NCBI RefSeq assembly: GCF_048593235.1
Contig: NC_133623.1
Location: 1,860,001-1,924,000 of the forward strand
Direction of reading: 5' to 3'
Length of the DNA: 64,000 bases
From: Sminthopsis crassicaudata
Taxonomy: Eukaryota
Under the pieces are notes generated by a model, which was not told the DNA's origin, made no database searches, and saw only the letters and a list, made by a program, of their open reading frames with translations. Both the position numbers and the translations under genes were made by a program. Of the stretch, positions 53,539-64,000 are shown piece after piece (positions within the stretch are counted from its first letter, which is position 1; every line of letters begins with the position of its first letter).

Positions 53539-53686
53539 GGGGCAGCTAGGTGGTGCAGTGGATAGAGCACTGACCCTGAAGTCAGGAGGACCTGAGTTCA
53601 AATCGGAACTCAGCCACTTAATACTTCCTGGTTGTGTGACCCTGGGCAAGTCACTTGACCCTAATTACCTCAGCAAAAAAAAAAAA
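53539..53686 (+). mobile_element. WSINE1-like SINE with TSD
   Basis: TSD agttatcttgg at 53528-53538 and 53687-53697. Confidence 0.9.
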
Positions 53687-54754
53687 AGTTATCTTGGATT
53701 AACCAAGGGAAGGACTCCATATTTGACAGAAACTGCTACAAAAACTAGTCCGAAATTGGGTTTAGACCAACCTCTCAGAACATAGAATGAGGTAAACTCT
53801 GAATGGATACGTGGTCTGGATGTAAAACATCACACCAGAATCAAATTAGAGGAGAAAAGAAACAGATGACCTTTGATATCTTTGGATGAGGAAAAGTTTG
53901 GGACTGGCTATGTGACCCAGAGAAAAAAAAAAAGATACAAGAAAAAAAAAGGCCAATTTTAATCTAGCCAAAGTTTCAGTTTCCCAGGCACAGTTGGAGT
54001 ATTCTTAAGCTGACCTTTTGACACGGGAAGTAGGAGAATGTGCCTGGTTGAAAGGCTGGCATTAGGGGGACTAGTGCCCAGGCTGTTATCCCGCAGAAAA
54101 TCTTTCTCAGAATGATCGGAATGGGGAAGGTTAGTGCTAAAAACAAAATGCATTTTGTTTTGTCCTTTTAAAGGTGACTGTAGCTTCTTGGAATGGAGGA
54201 GGGCTTTCTCCCTCAGTGAAGGCAGCCCCCAGAGAGCTGACCTTGGAAGGCTGCCCAGAGTGCATTCCACTTCAACGAGAAGGACGAGTGAGTTAAAAGG
54301 GATTTCCCCCTTTGTTGAGAGTCAATCTTTTAATGAAATTTGTATTCATTTTCAACTTAAAAATCCATTTCCACGTGTACAGGACAGCATAAAAAGAGAA
54401 TTCCTTTTCAAATGATGAATTTCCATTTCACAGTTTACCTTTTTTGTGTTGTATTGAATTTTCATTTATTGTATTAAGTGTTTCCAAATTACATTTTAAT
54501 TTCATTCAGCTATACAGCAATTAGTATGGACTGATCCATGTTTGACATCCTTGTTCTGAGTGATTCTGGAAGACCATAAACAGGGCAGAGTAGGGGCTGA
54601 CTAGCATAACTAGGCAGAGTTCATCCCCTGAGGGCTCCCTATACCAATATACCATAAGTCCAGCCCCTTGTCACAATCCAGGGAATCTTTCTAAACATCA
54701 GATAGATACACAGTGAATAAAACAATTTCTACTTTAAAGGAGTTTTCATTCTTT

Positions 54755-55435
54755 TTTTTTATAGCTTTTTATTGACAGAACATATGTGTGGATAATTTTT
54801 CAACATTGACCCTTGCACTCCCTTCTGTTCCGAATTTCCCCCTCCTTCCCTCCACCCTCTCCCCTAGATGGCAGGCAGTCTCATATATGTTAAATATGTT
54901 ATAGTATATCTTAAATACAATATATGTGTGCAGATCCATACAGTTCTCTTGTTGCACAAGAAAAATTGGTTTTAGTCAAAATAACCTGGGAAGAACAACA
55001 CAAATGCAAGCAGTTTACACTCATCTCCCAGAGTTCTTTTGCTGGGTGTAGCTGATTCTGTCCATCATTGATCCATTGGAATTGGATTAGCTCTTCTCTT
55101 TGTTGAAGATTTCCACTTCCATCAGAAAACATCCTCACACAGTATCATTGTTGAAGTATATAGTGATCTCCTGGTTCTGCTCGTTTCCCTCAGCATCAGT
55201 TGATGTAGGTCTCTCCAAGCCTCTCTGTATTCCTCCTGCTGGTCATTTCTTACAGAGCAATAATATTCCATAACAGTCATATACCATAATTTACCCAACC
55301 ATTCTCCAATGGATGGGCATCCATTCATCTTCCAGTTTCTGGCCACTACACAAAGGGCCGCCACAAACATTCTGGCACATACGGGTCCCGTTCCCATCTT
55401 TAAGATCTCTTTGGGATACAAACCCAGTACACACT
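54755..55435 (-). mobile_element. 5'-truncated L1 3' end
   Basis: ORF track CPSIGEWLGKLWYM..MEYYCSVRNDQQEEY; same family as 62208-63585. Confidence 0.9.
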
Positions 55436-56074
55436 GTTTACTTTTTATTTTAAAGTTGTAATAAATTGTTTTCAGTGCTTAAGCAAAGAACTCATTTCAG
55501 TTTTTGCACAACTCTCAGGTAGTAAAAATGCCTAGGGAAACATAACTGGGAAACCAATTTTTTTTCCAGTCTGCCAAAAGTCTCATTTCCTAGCTAGCTA
55601 AGCAAGTGATTGAGCTTTGTACAGCTCGGAGCCCACTGGCTAAATGTTCCAAGGAGAGAAATGGGCACTTTTGAAAAGAAAGTACCTGAACTATCAGCAA
55701 TTAACAGGGGGGGAGGTGTTATAAACCCAATAATTAGACAAATGCAAATTAAATCCATCTCGGTTCTGAAGGGTTCCTTGCTTTCTTGGCTGTCTGGCTC
55801 ACTTTGCCCTCACTTGGTCTGGGGAGAAGGGGAGCCCCAGAGAGGGGAGGGGCTGGGGAGAAGGGCAAGGGGGTCGTTCCTGCAGCATGGGGAGGGGAGA
55901 GCTGGACAAAGCCGTGCGGCCTTGTCCTTTGTGTGGCGCACCGCCAGGCTTGGGTCCTGGTGGAAGGGGGGCACTGCCATCTGCTGGAGCCCAGTGAACA
56001 GAGCAACATGCTGGAGCCAGCCAGTAGAGCAGCAGGCTGGCTGCTGCGGGGGCCAATTGGATCCAATAGGTTTT

Positions 56075-56248
56075 TTATTATTATTATTTTCCACATTTTT
56101 ATTATTATAGCTTTTTGTTGAGAAAATATGCTGGGTAATTTTTTGGCATTGACAATTGCAAAGCCTTGTGTTCCAACTTTTGTCCTCCTTCGCCCCACCC
56201 CCTCCCCTAGATGGCAGGTTGACCAGTATATGTTAAATATGTTAAAGT
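56075..56248 (-). mobile_element. Short L1 3' tail with near-perfect TSD
   Basis: gatccaataggtttt left vs gatccaaaaggctttt right. Confidence 0.75.
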
Positions 56249-56854
56249 GATCCAAAAGGCTTTTAAGAGGCCCCTACTATAGTATCATATGCCACATGCA
56301 AGGCCACAAGCATGGAGAGATGCCCACTCCCGAGTCCTCGCTTAGGAGTGGAGCGTTTGTGGCAAAGAGGGCTGGGCTGGGCTCCCGAGAGAAGAGGTTG
56401 AGGGAAGGAGGAAGGTGATGGGCTACGTGGCCAAAGGCCTGGCAATGAAAAATGGGATGAGGGTTTGATGGCGATGGAGCGCGCTTAAGGGGGTTATGGG
56501 AAATCTGCCGGGAAGCCAGGCTCCCAGCAGAGTGGGAAAAAAAGTCAGGAGAAGGACATAGAGGAGGTAGGGGGCCTTGGGACTTGACACTTGCCCATGG
56601 GAAGTCCTGAAGTAATAGGATCCAACAGGGTTAGGGCAAAGAAGGGAGATAGTGAGCCCTCGGCTGAATTTGTAACCAAGTCGGAGGCTGGCAGGGAACA
56701 GAGAGCAGCGTCTGACCCTGGGTGCGAGTGGAAATGAGGTGAAGGGAACACGCTCTCTCTCTCCAAGCCCGCGTGCTGGTGGGTGTGGGTGTGGGTGTGG
56801 GTCTTCAAGGACAAAAGAGATGGAAAAACAGCTAGTGTCAAGAGCCGGTGAAGG

Positions 56855-57118
56855 GGTGTGCATGCTTGTGTGTGACGCATGTACATTGGTACGCTTGAGT
56901 GTGCATGCGAGTACGCATGTGTGTAGGTGTTCGGCTAATGTGCCTTGTAATGCATGTGTACACGCACTGTGTAAAGCATTGTGCCATGTACTTGCACGGC
57001 CACGTGTGTGTGTGTGCATGTGCTGCATACGGGCACACGATATTTGTGTACTCGTGTGCATGTGTATGGCTGTGTGTGTGCGTGCATATGTATACATGTG
57101 CTGGCGTGTGTGTCCACT
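56855..57118. repeat. Alternating purine-pyrimidine (TG/CA/CG) tract
   Basis: Directly visible. Confidence 0.85.
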
Positions 57119-60100
57119 CGGGGCCCAATGGCAGACACAGCCTCCAAAAGGGCTGGGGATGCAGCGAGGCAGAAGCGGCCCTGAGGTCCTGGGCCTCTGG
57201 GGGTAGTTTTCCTCCCTGGGAGGGCTTCTTTTCCAGGAACTCCAATGGGAGTTTGATGGGATTTCCTTGCCGTGCAAATGAAAGTGTCCCTTCTTCCCCG
57301 AACCTTGTGCTTTGCAGGAAAGCCCGTGATTCTGTTCTGGAGGCAGTTGGGTTGGGAGTGATGGAAAGGGCTAGCTCAGGTTATCTGAGAAAGAAAGAAG
57401 CAGGGCAAAGCCTCCGGAGAGACCCTGTTTTTGTGTCTGACACAAGTGTAACCGGTTTACAAACTAAACTGGCTTATAGGCCCTGTCAAGCTGGGAACTA
57501 CGGACTCCCGTGTCTGCAGGAAGATCACATTCTGGCTGCCAGTGTGTGTGTGTGGGGAGCTGAAGCGAGAGGATCTGTGGCCAGTGGGAGCATGCGTGTG
57601 GGCGGCCCTGGCAAAGGGATTCTATGAGGCGCCAGAGCAAAGACCTCAGAGATGGCAGTAGAACTGTGCCTGGTTTTCCAGGATCCCCAGCACATCTCCA
57701 AGGAGAATGAGCTACGCGGACTCTTTCTGGTGCGGAAGATGGGCAATGGAGGCTTCTGCCAGGTGTCTGTCTTTGGTATGGGGAGTGCCCGGAAGAAGTG
57801 GGGATGCAGGTGATGTAGAAGTTTCAGTGACATGCTGAAAGAAATAGAAATTTCTGGGAGTGCAATGGGTCAGAGCAAGGAAATATGGGACATGAAGTTC
57901 TTTGAGGTGACATGGTCAGATCTGAGCTGTGGAAAAATCACCTGAGGCAGGAAGACCAATGAGGAGGCTGTGGCAGTAGTCAGTCCCCAGAAAGGGATGT
58001 GTGAGAGCTATGGCAGGGGAACAAGACCAGAAGAGATTTTGGAGTTAATCCCATCCAACTTCCTTCTACCATTTCACGGAGGGACAATCGAAGGTTCCCA
58101 AAGGCCTCATGGGAAAGGCAGCTTGGTCCATTTTCCTCTATCAATGAAGGATGTTGGATCAGGAGGTTGGGTAGCAATGGAAGAGCTGGGAGGTGCCTCC
58201 ATGGGCCATCCTCTGAGTCTGGGCTGAGGTGAGGGACTCTGTGTGTGAAGGGTGGGGATGCTTAGGACAGTAATCAAATCCTTTCTAATTTGGGTGCCAC
58301 CTGCAGAGAAGGGCTGCCACTGAGGGGAAACAGGGCAAGAGAGAAAAAGAGACTGGGAAGTCCTCAAGCCCCTTATGCTTGAACCCTGCCTCCCTCTAAG
58401 CCCGGTTTCCTACGTCCCTCTCCAAGATGGGGCTGGGGGAGGCATGGGAAGGGACTGAGAAGGATGATAAAGAAAGGGCAAGAAGTGACCAAGGAGATCA
58501 GCTCCATTGCCCTTCCCAACAAATGGCTGCCTTCTCATTTGGAGGCCATCCACCACTAGGAGGCTCATAACCTAGAGGCCCAGTCCACGAGCTCAGGCAT
58601 TCACCAATCACTACCTCATCTGCTCTGGAGGGCTGTTCTCCAAGCCCCGAGTGATCTTGGGAAATCAGGTCACTGCTCGACAGTGGGAGGCAGGAAAGGG
58701 ACCTGGAGAGGCAACTAGTTGGATCTGCTCCTTTTGCAGAAGAGGGAAATGAGGCACAAGGGAAAGAAGGTCATCCAATCAGTCTATGGAAGAGCTCGAA
58801 TGTGAGCAGCTCTACTTCCTGTTACACAACCTGCCTCTAGACCTTCCTTTAGCTTCTGCGGCATGAGCAGAGAAGCACAAGGGAGGGCAAGCTTTCTCCT
58901 GCTCACTGCTTCACTTGTTGGCAGCCCTGGGCTCCCTTCTAGAGCCTCGATTCAGATTCTAGATCTCCTTGATTCAGAGTACTTGCTTCCTCCAAGAGTT
59001 GCTTTAGCTACAAAGTTCAATCTTGCCCCGATGGAGGGCTGGCCACTGATGCTTAGGGCAGCTCCCTACATGCACGTACCTGGCACAAAGCAACACGTCC
59101 AGGGAGCGGCTCTGAGCCAGGGCCTATCACGCCAGGAAACCTTTGAGGGTGGGAGTTGTGACGGTTCCCCAGTGGTGGGTGAACTTGGGCACCCAAGGCC
59201 ACCTCCAAACTTCAGATTTCCTGCCCTCCCTGGCCTATCTCTTTTTCTTCCATAAAACCAGAGGGTCCGAGTAGCTAAGAACACAGAGGGCTCTTGACCC
59301 TTTTGTTGGAGGTCTTGCCATTGTAGGGCTGCAGGGGGTAGTTCAGCTAAGGGAGAGAGAGCTCTGGAAGCTCTGGCCACAGGAACAGAAGTGGCCCCCC
59401 TTGGGTAGACACTGAGGCTGACCAACAGCCGATCCGTTCACCTACTTTCCCTGAAGCTCACCCCCTCATCCAATCTAGCCCTCGGGAGTACATCTGGCTT
59501 CTAGTCCCGTTGGCAGTTTAGAGTTCAGCCCCCGGCTCTCAAACAGTGGCCAGGGCTTCCCAGGAGGCTCCTTGAGGCTGCCATCATGCAGTTAGGCCAG
59601 CAGGAGGAGCTGGAGGCGCCAGGAGGCCACTTAGCTGGGCTTGTTTTTCTCCTGTCACTACTCCAAGTTACCACCTTCTGTGCCAATTAAACTCAGCTAG
59701 TGGTCGTAGGGTCCTGGATCTGGAACTGGAAGGACCTTAGAGGCGGGCCCCTTCAACCTCTTCCTTGTACAGAAGAGAAAACTGAAGCCTCAGGGGAGGG
59801 GAGAGAAAGAGAGGAGAAGGGAGGGGAGGGGAGAGAAAGGGAGGAGAAGGGAGGGGAGGGGAAGACAATTGTTGAAGATCACACAGGTACTTAGGACGGT
59901 TTGGGGAGCCGAACTCAGGCCTTTGGACTCCAGGTCCAGTGTTCTTTCCAAGAGCTCACATTTATTAAACACCTATTGTATACAAGTCATAATACCAAGG
60001 GCTTAGGTTACACAGACCAAAACCAAAATTGACTCATGTATATGTGGAGGTGGCTGGGGGCAGGAAGAGGGGGTAGGGAGAAGAAGGCTTAGAGCCTACT

Positions 60101-60329
60101 GGGGAGAAACATTTCCTATCCAGGAAAGCAAATCCAAGATACGGGGAGGAGGAAGAGAAGGAAGAGAGTCCTAGAAATGAGGAAGATAGGAAAGACTCCC
60201 TGTGGGAGGGACACTCTGAGAGGAAGAAGAGAAAAGCAAGGTTCAAAAAGGAGAAATGCTCAATGTGGCAGTTAGTACATGTCAGAGGCCAGATTCAAAG
60301 CCAGGTCTTGATACCTGGAAGGTCATCCA

Positions 60330-60590
60330 TTCATCAATTCATCCATCCATCCATCTGATTATCCATCCACATACCATCTCTCCCCCTCTCCCTCCTCTAC
60401 CTCCCACCATCTCTCCATCCGTTCATCCATTCATCCATCTACCATCCGTCCATTCAATCCTCCATCCATCATCCCTCCCTCCCTGCTTCCTTCCATCCCT
60501 CCATCTATTCATCTATCCATTTATCCATCTATTGCCCTTCCATTCATTCATCCACCATCCTTCTATCTCTACATCCATCCATCCATCGTT
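60330..60590. repeat. (TCCA)n low-complexity tract
   Basis: Directly visible. Confidence 0.9.
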
Positions 60591-61468
60591 GGTGTCTTGG
60601 CTATGAAAGACCTAAAAACATCTCTGTCTATCATTAGAGACACATTTTGCATAAAACTAATTTCTCCCTTAATCTGTCCTTCCTCTAATTCTCCCTTCTA
60701 CTTCTCCCCTTGTTGTCCTATTTCCCAGTTGAGTGAAGTGTACTTTGGAATTGTGCATGTGTATTTTCTCCTTTGGCTAATTTAAATGAGAATTAGATCG
60801 GCTCCTTCCACTCTCTCTTTCTTGTTTATATAAATGTCTACTTGTGCTCCCTCATTTTAACTTCCCATCCCCCAGTGGATTACCCTTTTCTTCTTTTTCC
60901 ATTCTTAAGTTCTTTAAGACATAACAGAATTGCACCTAGGTCTTGTCTAGTTGGACTCCTTCCATCATCCCTGATGACGGCTCAGAGAGGACACATATCT
61001 CCTTTCCCCCTATTTGAACATAAGCATTTATCCTTAAACTTTATTCTTGTTCATTGATGTTGACCTTTTTATTTCTCTTCACTCTTGCATTTGAATGCCA
61101 GAGTTTCTCTACAGCTCTGGTCTTTTAATTAGAAATGTGCTCTATTTCACTAAAGGTCAATTTCCTTTCCCCCTCTTCCCCTGCAACCTGTAGCATTATA
61201 TCCAGTTTTACTAGGTAAGTTATAGGCCATATCCTTTGTCTTCTGGACTCTCATATTCCAAGTTCTCTGCTAAATCCTGTGTGAGCCTAACTCTGAGATG
61301 ACTCCTTAGTACTTCCAGTTCTTTCTTTCTGATTGCTTGCAGTAGTTTTCCTTTGATATTGAAGCTTATGATGTTCCTGGGAGTTTTCCAATTTTTTTTT
61401 TTCATGAGGTGATCAGTGGATTATTTTCCCGTTTTGCTTCCTGATTCTTTTTTTAAATCAGATGTCAT

Positions 61469-61618
61469 GGGGCAGCTAAGTGGCACAGTGGATAGAGCAC
61501 CAGCCCTGAATTCAGGAAGACCCGAGTTCAAATCTGGTCTCAGACACTTAACACTTCCTAGCTGTGTGACCCTGGGCAAGTCACTTAACCCCAGCCTCAG
61601 AAAAAAGAAAAAAATAAA
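61469..61618 (+). mobile_element. Young WSINE1-like SINE with 15-bp TSD
   Basis: TSD taaatcagatgtcat at 61454-61468 and 61619-61633. Confidence 0.92.
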
Positions 61619-62207
61619 TAAATCAGATGTCATTCATTTAATTATATACTTTCCAATCTCATATCACTGGAAATCATTCATCCTATCACTTGGAGTTAGT
61701 ACAGCTTAACAAATTTACATGAAACTCACTTCCTTGACACAAGCCAATTTGTAATGCAAGTTGATTTACAAACTCTCTTCTAGTTAGATGTGGTTATTTT
61801 TTATACCTGCAGCTCTTGTAGCATTCAGATTTAAGCATTAGAGTCTCATCAGCAAAACTAAAACAAACTGCAAATAGTCTTAAACATCGTATCATGTAGC
61901 AACAACGAATAATTTTGAGACCCTTATTAAAATCCCAATGAAATGAAATTTTTTTCTTTTTTCTTTTTTTAGCTTTTTATTTTCAAAATATATACATAGT
62001 TTTCAACATTCACTCTTGCAAAACCTTGTGTTCCAATTTTTTTCTCCCTCCCTTCCTCCCTCCCCCCTCACAACTCTTTAACAGCAGATTCTCTAGTATA
62101 ATAGAATCTAAATGGCAGGCTGTTTATCTAACTATGTTGGTTACCAGGTTTCATAATATAAGTGTGCAATTAATGTTACAAGAAGAGTTCTAGAAAATAC
62201 ATCTAGG

Positions 62208-63585
62208 CATAGACCCACACTTAACACCACATACTAAGATAAGATCAAAATGGGTCCATGATTTAGGCATAAAGAACGAGATCATAAATACATTAGAGGA
62301 ACATAAGATAGTTTACCTCTCAGACTTGTGGAAGAGAAAGGAATTTGTGACCAAAGGAGAACTAGAGGTCATTATTGATCACAAAATAGAAGATTGTGAT
62401 TACATCAAATTAAAAAGCTTTTGTACAAACAAACAAGATTAGAAGGGAAGTAACAAATTGGGAAAACATTTTTACAGTTAAAGGTTCTGATAAAGGCCTC
62501 ATCTCCAAAATATACAGAGAATTGACTCTAATTTATAAGAAATCAAACCATTCTCCAATTGCTATATGGTCAAAGGATATGAACAGACAATTTCCAGATG
62601 ATGAAATTGAAACTATTTCCACTCATATGAAAGAGTGTTCCAAATCACTACTGATCAGAGAAATGCAAATTAAGACATCTCTGAGATACCACTACACACC
62701 TGTCAGATTGGCTAAGATGACAGGAAAAAAATGATGAATGTTGGAGGGGATGTGGGAAAACTGGGACACTGATTCATTGTTGGTGGAGTTGTGAAAGAAT
62801 CCAACCACTCTGGAGAACAATCTGGAATTATGCCCAAAAGTTATCAAACTGTGCATACCCTTTGATCCAGCATTGCTGCTATTGGAATTATATCCCAAAG
62901 AAATACTAAGGAGCGGAAAGGGACCTGTGGGTGCCAAAATGTTTGTGGCAGCTCTTTTTGTAGTGGCTAGAAACTGGAAGATGAATGGATGCCCATCAAT
63001 TGGAGAATGGTTTGTTAAATTATGGCATATGAATGTTATGGAATATTATTGTTCTGTAAGAAATGACCAGCAGGAGGAATACAGAGAGGCTTGGAGAGAC
63101 ATCATCTGATGCTGAGGGAAATGAGCAGAACCAGGAGATCATTCTACACTTTAACAACGATACTGTATGAGGATGTATGCTGATGGAAGTGGATCTCTTC
63201 AACATAGAGAAGAGCTAATCCAGTTCCAATTGATCAATGATGGACAGAATCAGCTACACCCAGAGAAGGAACACTGGGAAATGAGTGTAAACTGTATGCA
63301 TTTTTGGTTTTTCTTTCCACGTTATTTTTACCTTCTGAATCCAATTCTTCCTTTGCAATAACAACAACAACAACAACAATTCAGTTCTGCACACGTAGAT
63401 TGTATCTAGGATATACTATAACATATTTAATATGTACGGGAATGCCTGCCATCTAGGGGAGGGGGTGGAGGGAAGGAGGGAAAAATTCGGAACAGAAGGG
63501 AGTGCAAGGGATAATGTTGTAAAAAATTACCTATGCATATGTACTGTCAAAAAAATGTCATAATTATAAAATTAATAAAAAAAGA
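62208..63585 (+). mobile_element. 5'-truncated L1 (ORF2 C-terminus + 3'UTR + A tail)
   Basis: ORF track LLIREMQIKTSLRYHYTPVRLAKM and MFVAALFVVARNWK..CPSIGEW; G-rich 3'UTR and A-rich tail. Confidence 0.92.
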
Positions 63586-64000
63586 TATATGCTGTAGCTA
63601 AAAACTGTGTTTGTTGGACATATTTGTTGGAATATATATATATATAAAGAAAATACATCCAAAACTGGATCAACAAAGATTCGAAATCATCATTATTAGG
63701 GTAGTTGAAAGTTCCAAGAAGCAGCCACTTTCCCCCAAGGGAAATCCTTGAGTTTTCCCAGGACAGAAAGAGTTGGATTCTCAGTTGGTATAGGATATGC
63801 AGTGAATAGCACACTAGCCGGCCTGTTCAGAGTGATTGACTTATAGTGTGGGGAAGGTCCCTTGCTAAGTAAGCACTCTGTAAATAAGACCTTATCGAGA
63901 ACCATCCAGGAAAGGGGGGCAAGCATAACTACAGGATGCTTATGTAACCTCACATAGGACATGGAGGGAAGGATCTATGTTTACTCAATCTTCACTAACT

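Noticed and set aside
55620-55770. Octamer ATGCAAAT plus homeobox motifs as a neural enhancer
   Set aside because: attagacaaatgcaaattaaa and the upstream sequence align to L1 ORF2 (compare atcagagaaatgcaaattaag at ~62655), so it is a degraded L1 relic

Overview
Mammalian genomic DNA from a marsupial. The SINE, L1 and LTR types look dasyurid-like (Tasmanian devil/dunnart group; inference), and the draft assembly has 8 N-gaps. Two protein-coding genes lie on the + strand. The first is the terminal zinc-finger exon of a KLF3/8/12-family gene, most likely KLF8 (3852-4033). The second is a complete GABA-B receptor auxiliary subunit gene, most likely KCTD12b; the KLF8/KCTD12b pairing suggests the conserved therian X. 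KCTD12b has a CpG-island promoter (~16.0-17.2 kb), a 5'UTR exon and a T1+H1 coding exon (19613-20453). An in-frame, open second coding exon (37842-38374) encodes a KCTD8/16-type H2 domain. The donor that joins these exons overlaps the stop codon of the short form (C|GT GAG TGA). The locus can therefore encode either a 282-aa H2-less protein or a 457-aa H2-containing protein, and its H1 motif is NYLEQ rather than T/NFLEQ. Just upstream of the H2 exon is a solo LTR with a perfect 6-bp TSD. Its interior was replaced by an inverted copy of neighbouring intron DNA, placing a TATA-bearing promoter directly in front of a ~450-bp hairpin. The rest is TE-rich (SINEs, L1, a HAL1-like element, RTE, LTRs, a hAT/Charlie element with perfect TSDs) with large CT/GA low-complexity tracts, locally templated duplications and one probable assembly-artefact duplication.
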